Source: Eledone cirrhosa
Taxonomy: Eukaryota
Direction: 5' to 3'
NCBI GenBank assembly: GCA_964016885.1
Contig: OZ024740.1
Span: 32,116,001 to 32,180,000, forward strand
DNA length: 64,000 bases
Below, piece by piece: positions 38,667 to 51,612 of this stretch (the first letter of the stretch is position 1; each line of letters opens with the position of its first letter). The notes under the pieces are model-generated. The model ran no database searches and was not told the origin of the DNA. It worked only from the letters and a program-made list of their open reading frames with translations. Position numbers and translations under genes: made by a program.

Positions 38667-39025
38667 GTGTAGCAGGAGTTGCCTCCCTTCTTGTGACACT
38701 CACAACCCCAATAGATTAACACCATCTAGACAGAAAGTAGAACCCTTTCTGTAACTTCCGGTCAGAACCCTATAAAACTAACAACTTTAAGTTCTCACTC
38801 TCTCATTCGCCTTTTCGGTCAGGCGCCTCCTGGCTTTCGCCAGGAGTCTTCACCCAGGCGTCTTCTGCCAGCCACATTCGTTTGGCAATCAATCGGTAAC
38901 TAATAACTTTGCTTCATTCTTTCATCTATTTCTTTGACATGTCAACTATACTGTTCTATATATATCCATGATTGTTAATTAAATATTATACACACAAACC
39001 ATGTCTCCTTGTTACATTCATACAC
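38667..39025 (+). mobile_element. Solo/partial LTR of the tRNA-Trp family, abutting a fragment (39025-39081) of the 33303-family LTR
   Basis: Similar along its length to 42878-43231. Confidence 0.7.
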
Positions 39026-41574
39026 ACTTCCGGTCAAGCACTCCCCAGCCTCCGGTCACCGCACACCACACCATACCCACAGAGGTGACTGAAGCAACAT
39101 GAGATAAAGTGTCTTACCAAAGGACACAACGCACCACCAAGAATGTAACTCATGACATTACGGTTGTGAGCCGAATATCCTAAGCTATATAAATACTCGA
39201 TTTATTTGTTTTGCCATGAGAGTTAAGCGTGTTTGGTTTCTTCTAAAGTTATCTTTCTTTTACCTGAACTGGCTGTGATATACAAATTCAAACGATAATA
39301 TACAGTAATTATTTTGCTAAGCAATGTTATCATTTATTCACAGTGAGTTGGATAAAACTGAAGATGTAATTACATTTAACTAAGCTGTTTCTGAATGTAT
39401 TAATATAAAGTACACCAGAGAATATTAATGTACGACACCGGGAAGGGCTGAAAAACTTGCTTGAGGGGATTTTCTTCTCTGAAATCTTTCTGTTATTCAG
39501 CTCTCCGGCGAATGTCTTAACACGTTAGTGCATTCCTGCTATCGTAATTATAACTTTAATTAATCTAATTATATCTTGGGCAGCAATTATTTCGTGTTAA
39601 GGAGAAAGTAAATATTTGTGGATAACATAGGGTGGCCTACATGATAAAATATTTCATTTCATCAGAAACTACACTACGTTGTGAATTAGTTGTTCAACAT
39701 TTTACAGAACAGAGAGAAATAGGTTTAAATCACCAACATCTGAACAATTAGCTTTCCCGGCTTTTGTTGACTTTACACTTGGATTTGAAATATAAAGTAT
39801 GTATTATTTGTGTTGTCAATATAACAGATATTTTGTACTTTCCTACACACCGTAGTAAACAATTCTGATTTATTAGGACTGCACATTATTTACTGGACAC
39901 CTGTAGATATACACGCGCACAAATATATATTTACATATACCTGTGTATATGTAAATGTGTTAGTGTTTTCCTTTTTATTTTTGAGGGTGAGTATGTTATC
40001 TCCTGTTGTGATGCCACTGTTCATTGCTGTGAAATTGGAACTGTTGTCTCCTGCTGTGATGCCAGTATTGCTGTGAAATTGGCAGTGTTGTCTCCTGTTT
40101 GGAAGCTGGCAGTGTTGTCTATTGCTGTTATTTGATAGATATAGTAGTTGGGTGATTGATAACAATAGGAGGGTTGCCCTGGTTTTCCTTGTGTACGGCG
40201 TTAGTAATTATCATCATGGGTTGAAGGGAACCAGGAGGCGTTGTAGTTGACGAAGATGACTAAGTGATTGCTGTAGCATGTTCCGCATGATAAACACGAC
40301 AAATACTAATAATTCTGGTTAAATATATAATTTTAATTCACTTCAGCAAAAAGAAAAAGAATATGATTAGTTCGAATCATAAATATAAAGTTTGATTGTA
40401 GTATTCATAAATGAATATAGTGTTCAAAAAGGCTTCTGCGATGTTCCCTTAAAAAGTGAAAAGTTGTAGTCAGACAGCATAGGGAGGAGTAAGCTCGCAG
40501 CGGCAAGGAAGGTATGTTGTCTATATGAAGAGGCAGATGACTGGGTGGTTGAAGTGGCGATGGAAGAATTGCTGTCGGGCGCTTGTCGAGAGGGTCGGAT
40601 TTTTTTTAAATTTTAAGTGTTACATCTCTGACGCCAACTCAAGATAAAGAGAAATAGCAGCCAGATGTCATACGGGGGTCAGTATATGCGAAGAGAGTTG
40701 GCTACACATATACCCGCATGTATATATACATATCATCATCGTTTTAATGCTGCTTTCTCTGTTAACAAGAGGACGGGTTTACACAGACCAAGTCAGTACT
40801 GAAGCGGAGCTACTGATATTCCAGACAGGCCAAAGATCTGAATCTCGCTTACGTACGGTCCCACGTTCTACCGAGTGCACAAACATAGAATTTTCGTTTC
40901 CTGGCATCAGTCTTACACTGTAATATCTATTACTTTATAGTTGTGACACTTGAGAGTTCTGTAGTGACCTACATTCCGCGGGCTCACATACATTCTCTTG
41001 TGCGTGATTTGGCTCAGCTCAGCCAATCAGCGCCAGTAGAAGAGAATGTATCCCTACGCGCCCTGAGGGAGAAATTCCCCGCGAGGATTTGAAGAATCAG
41101 CTTCTCGCATCCTGAACTTCGGAGAAACAACACGTAACGGTGAGATTTTGCACTTTGGCCTGGCACAATGGCACATTCCTTTTGTAACCTTTTTTAGGTT
41201 GAACTACAATCATACAATTTAACAAACATTACTTTGTGCCACAACAAATACAAATACTTTTCATCTCACGAACATTCTTCTTGTTGACGTTGTTATCAAG
41301 TTACTCGTTTGTCGATATGACTAACACATCTTTCTACCAAACTGATTATTCGTGGCGTTATAACAATTACATTATTTCCCCTAACAACTTTATTACGACA
41401 TTAAATTACTCATATCATCTGCTAAAGTTCCATTACAATTTGTAGTAAAAGAACGATAAATTTACCAGAATGGCTGCTACAAATCATTTATGGACACTAT
41501 TTTTTAGACTACATAACATCCATTAACCTTCGCTACATTTATCAATGTAGAAAGAGAAATCTGTTTGTCTACAA

Positions 41575-44500
41575 CAGGGGAGTGCAACATATTCCATTGG
41601 CAGGTCACTTTTGAACATTGAAACAACTATTAGGGCCAGTCGCCGTAAAAAATATGTAATCTAATGAAAGCCATTGAATTGAGTCATAAAAACATTGTGA
41701 ATACATTTTTAAACAATAAAGACATAAAATATAATTTAGTTTTATTAATTAATGTGAGACTGGGGTCGATAAAATAAAGTACCAGTAATGCACTGGATAA
41801 TTGCTGGCCTTGTGCCTAAAGTAGAAACAATTAATTAATGTGAGACTTGATATTTGGTTTAGGTCAACTAACAGAAAATTGAGCACTACAATGGAATTGG
41901 CTGTCAGAAGTGAAAGTAGAAGAATGTGACGTCACGTATTTGCAACTTGAAAAATATGAATTCTACATGATACCCCAGTGTAAATGGAATTAATCATCGC
42001 TACTGTTAATGGTGTCGATTAGAAAAGGCACATTTCTAGAAAATAGTAAATTGAAGTGTGAACAAATAATTGACATTGTATTTTGAGGCAAAAGAAGATT
42101 TCGCCAATCTGCTACAGCTACATTCGTATCGCGAATGTAGCTGTAGCAGATTGGCGAAAGTTTTGCCGCGATATTTAAGTTAACTCCACTTACATCGATA
42201 TGCTTTATTGTTATTTCCTTGGGTAAGTTAATATCTAAGCTTTTGCTTACACGTTAATTACAATTGTAACAGCTAGTGTAGTTTTTAATGCACATGTTAA
42301 ATAAGATTGTATATTATCGTTTTGTTTTAATTGTACCATAACTCTGGAAAATTACGTGGTTATTTGGTACTCATTGGACATCAATACGAGAAGCAGTTAT
42401 AATTATTAAACTACGGATGTTGAATTTATTTTCTTAATCCTGTATGTTATTAAAAGGTTCCCGAGTAGTACAGTAAATTAAAGCCTTTACGAACGGAACT
42501 ATGCAATGAAAGTATTTTTAATAAGTGTAAACGTGTCTCTTAGAAATTCATAAATGGCTGTGTAAACCCTTACACTTTAAAACAAAATTACAAACCAATT
42601 GTGGTCATTGAAGTTGCTAGAAATAGCAGGCAAATCTTATACCCTCTACCACATTAAAAAAAAGAAAGAACGAAAACGGGAGTAACTGGTTAATATTTAT
42701 TGAAATATTCGAAGCGTTACTGCTTCGGACGTGATAAAAAGGAAATTATATAGAGAATTTTAAATATTTCGAAAGCACAAGCAATCGTCAAGGACTTTAT
42801 ATACTAATTCCTTTCTTTCTGTGTTCGTGGCAGCTGAGTATCAACCATCCATAAATAATTTTTACCCACTAAGAATCTGTAGCAAGAGTTGCTCCCTTAT
42901 GACAATCACATCACCGCTCTCTAGACAGGAAGTAGCTGGAGTTACTTCCCGTTAGGGTGGCAGAACCCTTTTTGTCACTTCCGTCCTGAGACCCTATATA
43001 AGGGATACTCAGAGCGATTTCTCTCTCATTTGCCCTCTTCTTCCTGCCAGGCGCGTTCGCCTGGCAACCCTAACATGGTCTCTTGCGAGTTAACTTCAAA
43101 ACGGTAACAAATAACTTTACTTCATTCTTTCATCTACTCATGGACATGTCAACTATACTATTCTACATAACTTCAACTTGTTAATTAAACTTTATACACA
43201 CAACTGAGCCTCCTGCTATGTTCATACACACCAGTATTCGGTTATAAGTGGTGACCCCGAAAAAAAAGAAAAAAATAACAGCTTCTGGTGTTGTGTGAGT
43301 ACGGAAAAAAGAAAATTAATTAGCAGTACCCCATTTTCGTTGGAATGCGTCGACCAACATTTCGAATACGCAGCAAACTTTAACAAACTAGGAAAAAAAA
43401 CGCAGACACAGAAACGAACACACGCACATGTGAAATTCTCGTTCAGACAGACTCTTCTCTCTCCTAACGTGATTTTTTTTTTTCGGACTAAGAAATCCCC
43501 CCGACCTCCTTAGACAAGGATTTCTCTCCGCATACACTGTCTTATAATGAACACATCAAAAAAGAAATTTTTTCTCAGCAAGCAAAACAAACAGAAAATT
43601 TTGCCTTTCACGCACGTGTCGCATTTCACTGGATGTAAATATCCGTGTACATATATGCATTATCAGAAATGACAATAAATGCCGGTGTGTGTTGTGACAA
43701 GGTTTTACTTCACAGAAGTCAAATGAATTAATATAAATAAATGGTTACCCGTTGGTCACAACTCCTAGGCTGAAGTGTGTGGAGAAGAACAGAGATCTTC
43801 TCTTGGAGGTGTTAACATTTTCTTAGGCTGCCGGTGGCATTCTTCTTGAGTGGCGAAGGAAATTAGACAGGAATTCTTCTTGATGGCGAAGGAAATGAGA
43901 CAGGAGTCATCTCATGACAAGGTCGCAGGTGTTGTTAACACTTTGGGATTCAGGAGGCGAGAGAGTGAGATCGCCCTGACCTGTCCCTTTTATAGGGTCT
44001 CAGGACGGAAGTGACAAAAAGGGTTCTGCCACCCCAACGGGAAGTAACTCCAGCTGTCTAGAGAGCGATGATGTGATTGTCATAAGGGAGGCAACTCTTG
44101 CTACAAATCTCAATGGGAGAAATTTTCTTCAATTTCTGCCAGCATTACAAAACAAGGTTATCTTGTAGTTACCCGCGTTAAATTGTTTTTTTAAAAAAGA
44201 AAATCAGTAGTGTCGGCCCCATGAACTTCATTTGTTTTCTAATTTGATAACTATGACTATGAAATAAAACGCGTGGTGATATAAAAACAAATCGATTACG
44301 CTAAACGTAAATAAACATAAATACGTGTATTATCCCAAAGTGAAAAACCAAGTTTTGCATCAACGTAGTGGTTTCAAAGTTTATTTATTTACACATGGTG
44401 GTGGTGGGGATACGGAAATAAAGAGAAGGTTGACGAATGACGTCACATTCTTCTACTTTTACTTCTGACAGCCAATTCCGTTGTAGTGCCGAAAATTGTA

Positions 44501-44605
44501 TTAGGGTTACGAAAAAAAATTCTAAATAAGCCTACAAGGTAAAAATTAAAAACAGTCATCGCGGGCCACTGACTGGTCTGGCGAGCCGAATGTTGCATGC
44601 CCCTG
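41575..44605. mobile_element. Non-autonomous hAT element with nested insertions
   Basis: TIRs CAGGGGAGTGCAACAT / ATGTTGCATGCCCCTG; perfect 8-bp TSD GTCTACAA (41567-41574, 44606-44613); subterminal inverted repeats at ~41886-41934 and ~44437-44486. Confidence 0.9.
42878..44105. mobile_element. Inverted-LTR insertion (LTR + tRNA-Trp PBS + leader + reversed LTR)
   Basis: ~125-bp inverted termini TGTAGCAAGAGTTGC...; AATC on both sides; PBS TGGTGACCCCGA at 43249. Confidence 0.8.
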
Positions 44606-44869
44606 GTCTACAACAATATATATGTGCCACATGGAGAGAACTCTGTCAGCAACAAAAATTCTAGTGGTATGTAGAAAATATATCTACATTGCATATTTTC
44701 CACACTTGTAAACCATCCCATGATATATAAGACAAACTGAACTATAATAGATTATAATCACATTTTTCAATTTTGAAGAATTACAATTGTGAACTTTCAT
44801 TACTTGGACACTTCTAACAAGTTTTTACCAATATAAATAGTTACAGAGGCATAAAAATATTAGTTTTAC

Positions 44870-45130
44870 GCACATACATAGTCATACTGGAGAATAGTCT
44901 GTTCGCTGTGTAATATGTAGACAAACATACACACACTAGTGAAAACCCTATCATTGTGAAATTTGTGAAGAATCTTTCACTCAAACATCTAATCTTATCT
45001 CAGTGGAGAAAAATCATACCATCACTACACAATAATTTCATTATTATTACTATCATGAAATCTGTGGGAAATCTTTTATTCAGAATTCTGATCTTGTTAA
45101 CCCCAAGGTACACGCTGGAGAAAAACCCAT
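44870..45130 (+). pseudogene. Decayed C2H2 zinc-finger array
   Basis: Repeated HTGE/HTSENP/HAGEKP linkers and CEICEESFT/ICGKSFIQNSDL remnants with stops and frameshifts. Confidence 0.6.
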
Positions 45131-45740
45131 CTTCTTCTGCACCCACTTATTCCTGAGAGGGTCTTTGGGGCAGAGTCCTCAAACACTCCTTCCAGCAGGT
45201 CCTGTTAGAAGCAACTAATCTGGCTGGATCCCCAAGCAAGACCAGCCAAGCTCATGGATGTTATCCAACCATCTTACTTGAGGTCTACCCCTGGGTCTCC
45301 TGCTGGTTAGTTTTGCCTGTAAAATCTGTCCAGCGATTTTTTCCTGAGACATTCTAACCACACGCCCAAAGTATCGGAGCTGTGATCTCTCAATTCAGAG
45401 AAGTAGCGGCTCTACCTGGAGTAACTCTGATCTCCGAGCTACGCACTCTATCGAGTAACGTTATTCAAAAGACCCTTCAGAAGAACACCCTTTTGGTTGC
45501 TTGTATTCGCAATTGTATTCTTTCAGTCATTACTCAAGATTCATGACCATAAGTAAGAGTTGGAAAGAATACCAAATTGAAGATGGTGAGTTTGGCTTTT
45601 ACACCTACCTCCTTTCATCTGCTTGCCAAATGCTGAAGTTGGTGCAGTAATGCATCAGCTTCTGCAATTCTTGTACTTAATCCAGCCTCCTGCCTTCCAT
45701 CACTCATGAACATGGCCCCAAGATACTTCAACTTCTCCAC
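45130..45740 (-). mobile_element. RTE 3' fragment (different subfamily, no PHD finger)
   Basis: NGVPLKQVEKLKYLGAMF and GRPQ motifs; homologous to 49670-50035. Confidence 0.75.
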
Positions 45741-45849
45741 CTGCTTCAGTGGAACTCCATTCACATATAGAATTTGGAATAAGTTGTTCGAAGAATGTTG
45801 GGTCACTGATAAGCTCAATTTGGAGTTCCAGGCAGAAACATAGAATTTA

Positions 45850-46794
45850 TAAGTTACGAAGGTCCATTAACATCCGAATGAATGTTATTCTCAGTAATTT
45901 CACCAAAAGAGAGTTATTGAAACTGAATGATCCTTCTGCATAACTTAAAATAAAAGACATCTATTATGGTGTCAGAAAGTATTTTGATAGAAAACTGCCA
46001 CCATTTCCCCAAAAGAGGTACAAGAATTTTGAGTAAAAATATTGAGTGTGTGTGCCTTTCAAAACAAAGGATGCAATGCTTCTTATCATGTGATATGTTT
46101 ACAAATTTAGAGCTACTCGAAGCTTTAGACCCAACTAATGTAAACCAATTTTTCAACCTTGAACATGAAGATCAATATGAACAAATAAACAGTGAATGGG
46201 AGGGAATTGACTCTGCAAAATGCATCTTATAATGCACAAAATGAGCCTGAGAAATACTGGCTTCTTGTTTCTCAAGAAAAATGTGGTGACAAATATCGCT
46301 ATCTATTATTTCTTTCATTGCTACATTCTTTAGCAGCTGCCGAAAGAGTTTTTTCCCTTCTTAACATAAAAACAAAAAATCGTGATTCTTTAAAACCATC
46401 AACATTAAATGCCCTGCTAAGATCAAAGTCTCTGCTGCAAAATGTTGACTGCACTAAGCAACATCCACAACTGTAACTGTGTCTCAAATTACAAAAAAAA
46501 AACTGGTTCAGCAAACATGAAGAATTTTGTGAGAACTGATATTTGTAACTTTTTGAAATTCTTTATATTTAGCTAGATGCTTTGGAGAACTTCTTGGCAT
46601 AAAAGTCGTTATAGTTGATAAATGGTAAATCATTAAATGGAGATTTTAGAATATCAATTAAGCCAAATTTGCAAAGCAAATACAATCCTTAAAACATAAC
46701 AAAACATCCGAAGGTGGTACAAAACGTACAGAAAAATTAAATTAAGGTCAAATAATACCAAATTTATACGAATGCACCATCTTTAGCAGTGCTG
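45850..46794 (+). mobile_element. hAT transposase C-terminal remnant
   Basis: LHSLAAAERVFSLLNIKTKNRDSL (hAT dimerisation-domain motif). Confidence 0.65.
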
Positions 46795-49669
46795 CTCATG
46801 ACTAGAATTTTTTTTTAAATTCTATAAATTCATCTATAAGGGCCAAGACTTCAGTAGGATGTAGCCAAGGTGGGTGAGTGTTATAATAAACAGGAGTGGG
46901 CTGAGAGTTGAGGCATTCCTACCTGCATTCTAAATTTGTTGCTGAACTCATTGCCAACATATTTTGCTAACTCCACCTCTGTACATGGCCTTTCATCTAT
47001 TTCTAACTTCCTTAGTGATCACCAAATTACAGAATGTGGAATTTTGTCACTAAGTATTGGAGCTTACTTCTAAGTAATTGACTCACTAGGACAAAGGCAT
47101 CAATCAGTAATGCTTCTGCCAAGCACAAAGCTGAACTACATTTCATGAAACTTAATCATGTTCCTAATTAAATGTGTGTGTATGTTGTTTAACCATAGGT
47201 TATCCCGTATTAAGCAGGTCTTTGACCAAAGGCATTTCAACCATGAAGCTCCCGTGATTTTACAGTATGCAGGACTAAATTATCCAATATTTATTTTCTA
47301 CATTCAAGACGGCTATGTATGATGAGGGAAAATTGGCTGCTATCTCTAGCAATTCAAATGATCAGGTAGAAACTCCTTTGTTGACTAATGTAATGAGAAC
47401 GCTTGGTATATTTTAAATGGAAATTCAAAGTAATTAGTCTGTAAAATCTCAATTTAATATAGAAAATTTAAGATTAAAAAATGATATCTGTTATATCAGG
47501 TAAAATTTATAAATTATAAGGTGATGAACTTGCTTTCACTTTATTACCCAGCAAATATTGATACTTTCAATGATTATGTTTGGTCTTCAAATTTTTTTCA
47601 GAAGATATGGTTGAATCAGTGCATAAAATTCTTTCAAGCTGAAATAACTCAGAAGGTAAAAAGACATAGCTGGACGCTAGCATTTCCATCAAATTCATCA
47701 TCCTTACAAAAACAATAGCAATTATAAGAACATCATCATCATCATCAATATCACCTACATTAATGGCTGTTTTACTTTAGTACTTTCCAGAAGTATTTCA
47801 AGTGAATGTTTTTAAATGAAACAATAACATCCTGATTGAGTCATGACAGTTATTTAAAAGATATTCATAATACTAATAAGATGACAAATTGGCAAAAATC
47901 CTTAGAGCATTGGTCTCTGCATCCTGAGTTCAAATCCCAACTTTGCTCTAAATCCTTTTAGAGTAGACAAATAAAGTACCAGTCTGTGGTGTGGTGGAAT
48001 GGCTGAATTGTTAAAGATTCAGACAAGATGTTTTGAGGTGCTGCTTGGATTGCCTTCTTTCTTTTCCTTTCATAATGCTTATTGCCATATCAAGTGACAA
48101 ATGACCAGAAATTTCCATAACAAACACATGGAGTTTTTATGGGAGAATACAGAGATATAATTTCCCATTGACTTCCTTCAGGTGTGTTTTTTTTCAAAAT
48201 ATCTTGTTTGTTACAATTAATAATAATTGTTTCTACTTTAGGCACAAGGCCAGGGAAAGTCGATTAAATCGACCCCAGTGCATTACTGGTGCTTTATTTT
48301 ATTGGTTCCATAAAGATGAAAGGTAAAGCTAACCTCAGCGTGATTCAAACTCAGACCATAAAAGTCCATAACTCTATGCTGCAAAGCATGGTGTCTAATG
48401 CTCTACTGATACTGCCAGGAAGAAAATGAAAATGTCTTCTACCACAGCCTCAGAATTGAGAAAAGATAAAGGAAAAAGGAGAAAAAATTTGTCGATGTGT
48501 ATGTGTGCATCAGTCTTATCAACAACATTTAAAACAAGTGGTGTTGTTTGATTATTTCTGGAATGTAGCAGTTTGATGAAGATGAGTGATATATATATAC
48601 CATACTTATAAATAAAGAATGGGCTGACACCAGGAAGGGCATCCAACTGTAGAAAAGAAATTGCTTAACAAAGCCACGTCCAACTCATGCCTGCTTAGAA
48701 AAGTGGACACAAAAATAACGAGGAGTGGTAGTATCCTCATCTTGGTTGCTATAGCCACAATGTTTCAGCCATTGTAGCTGCCAGCCATCTTCAGGTTCCT
48801 GTTGTATTTGACATTTTTAGAATTTTGATGGATGACTTGGTGGTGGGTTCTTTTTTAACAAATTCTACTAATTGTTAAGCTGCTCAGAGTAAATAGAAAT
48901 GTTTATCAGATCTCTCAAAAAGAATTCTTTAAATTAAAAATAAAATTTAGTTACTTGCTTTGGGCTGGTTTGAGTTGGAGATCTGGAATGAGTGTTATTT
49001 GGGAATAATCTATATGAAACCTGCTGAGTAATGTCACCATTCTGACAATGGAGAGTAAAAAGAAAGTAAAATTTGTTTAAATGATAAAGATTTCTTCATG
49101 GCTTTTATTCCAGTGCAAGATAACTAAAGTATACAATACTCAATATATAAGATTGTTGATAAAGAATGATTATATAAATTCTATAATGAGAATAATATCT
49201 CCCCATCAAGAGATCATAGCTCCGGTTCTAGGGAATGAATTGGACAGATTTTACAGGCAACACTCACTGTCAAGAGTTCCAGAGGTAGACCATGAGCATG
49301 ATTGGTCTCACTTGAGGACCCATCTGGAGACAGTTACTTCTGTAGGACCCTCTGGAAGTCATATCTGAGGACTCTGCCCCAACGATGTTCTTAGGAATAA
49401 GTGTGCGAAGAAGAACATTAACAACTACTGCTACTACAGATCTTTTTACAGTTCTTCCACTTCTTCTTACAAGATAGCATTTAACAAGAAGTGTTAAGCC
49501 TGTTTCAGCAGAAGAGGATGAAATGACATCTGTTTAAATTATTGGAGAGAATGGTCAATAATGGAGGAATTTCCAGAGGTGGTAGTTTCAAGGAATATAA
49601 TTTTTCCAAACATTAACAAAAGGCCAGCAATTTGGGAGAAGGAGAAAGTCAATGAAATCGTTACAACTG

Positions 49670-50035
49670 GCAGGTGTAAAATGAGTTGGCTGGAATTTGC
49701 AGACGACATGGTATTACTTAACTTGTCAGAAGGTCATCTGCAACATGCACTTGATAGGTTCAATGCCAGGTGCTGCATGGCTGGAATGAAAATCAGTACT
49801 CTGAAAACTGAAATACTCATCCTCTCAAGGAAACCTGTGCAGAGAATGGAGTTCCACTGAAGCAGATGCAGAAGTTCAATTATCTCGGTGCCATGTTCAT
49901 GAGTGATGGAAGGCAGGAGGCTGAATTAAGTACAAGAATTGCAGGAGCTGGTGCAGTAATGTGCCAGCTTCATGATTGGGTAATCAGAAAAAGGAAGGTG
50001 GGTGTAAAAGTCAAACTCGCTATCTTCAATTTGGG
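49670..50035 (+). mobile_element. RTE RT fragment
   Basis: LEFADDMVLL, MKISTLKTEIL and KFNYLG motifs. Confidence 0.75.
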
Positions 50036-50468
50036 ACTAGTGATAGTCCTGATACATATATAGTAAGAGACATTTTTCGTATTTTGGCAGAATTTTTTCT
50101 GACATGCTCTTCCAACCGCTTTACAGCATGGAGTGGGTGCATTCTTTGTGCCACCAGCCCTAGAGAAGTTGTCTCACTGGACACAAGTCCTCTCCACATT
50201 GTGTCATTTTTTATTCAGAGTAACTGTTCTCTTTGACAGGTTGCCTTTATCATGGCATGCAGAGCCCACATTTTCCCAGTGCAGTCCCATTATAATCAAA
50301 GTAACTACTCTCCTAGATGAACTGCCTTCTGGATGGCTTACATAGTCCCCAACTACACTGTACAGTTAGAATTGTTCCAATGACTACAGTCCTAGTCAGG
50401 CTGTTACTCCTGTGGATTATGGACCTTTCCTTGGCTCTCACCAACATAGTCTACACAATGAACCACCA

Positions 50469-50934
50469 TTAACCCTTTAGCATTTAAACCGGCCATATCC
50501 AGCCAAAACTCTCTCACCTCTTTCTGTTCAAACCGGCTGTAACTGGCCACGCATACCTACATTAAGGTATTGTTCTCAAAATAAATGACATCAAAATCTC
50601 ATAGATTCGATATTACGTGAGATAATTATGTAACATAAAGCCTTAACCGTGAAAATACAATAGTATATATAGAGTAATGCAAATGCTAAAGGATTAACCT
50701 GTTGACTGCCGCGTATATTTTACATCTACAGTTGCTGTGCCGGGTTTTTTTCCAGTAAAATCTCTATTTTGATTGACAAACGTCACATCAATAAACTAGT
50801 AATCCCATCTAGCTTTGAAGTTATGAACTGTTGGAAAAGAGTTCAAACATGTTAGGACAAGTTATCTCGTCAGTGGCACTGGAATGCATACATGTTAGGA
50901 CAATTTATCTTGTCTACAGCACTGAATAGGTTAA
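50469..50934. mobile_element. Two adjacent TTAA-flanked (piggyBac-like) MITEs
   Basis: TTAA|CCCTTTAGCATTT...AAATGCTAAAGGA|TTAA, then TTAA|CCTGTTGACTGC...GCACTGAATAGG|TTAA. A partial copy of the first lies at ~29293-29490. Confidence 0.6.
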
Positions 50935-51349
50935 ATATATCACAGTAGCACATAGGAAAACATCCTACCGGAAGATAGTAGTATAATGGTTGAAGAGTGA
51001 GGTATGGGGACGATCAGACAGGTCATCAATGTTTATAAATATAAACGTTTTCAGATATTGGTGTCGTGAATGTTAATAGCTAACTGAAAATAATAAAATA
51101 AAAATACAAGTAATGAACAGAAGGATTAACTTAGGTTTCATTTAATGAATCTTTTAGATTTCCATGCAAAACAGTACAAGTCATACACTGACACCAGGTG
51201 GACTGACTTCCCCATTGACAGGCCTCTGTTATAAATGATCCTTTGATCAGATCAGTTATCACATTTGCTTGAGTTGATGGACAACATCAGTTTGGTGTAT
51301 GTTTGATATTTTCAAGTTAGGGTCTCCTATTTTATTTCATTAGAAGCAC

Positions 51350-51612
51350 AGGGTGGTATATACGATTTGAAGGGATTGCCCTACATAACGTGGTATATGT
51401 AATTTAAAGGGATTTGCCTCCATAACATGTGGAGGTATATGTAGTTTGAAGGAATTGGATTACGTAACATGTGGTGGTATATATGGTTTGAAGTGATTTG
51501 CCTACATAACGTGGTGGTATATGTGATTTGAAGGGATTGGCCTACATAACGTGGTGGTATATGTGATTTGCCTACATAATATGTGGTGGTATATGTGATT
51601 TGAAGGGATTGT
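51350..51612. repeat. Degenerate ~40-bp tandem repeat
   Basis: Repeated CCTACATAACGTGGTGGTATATGTGATTTGAAGGGATT variants. Confidence 0.8.
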
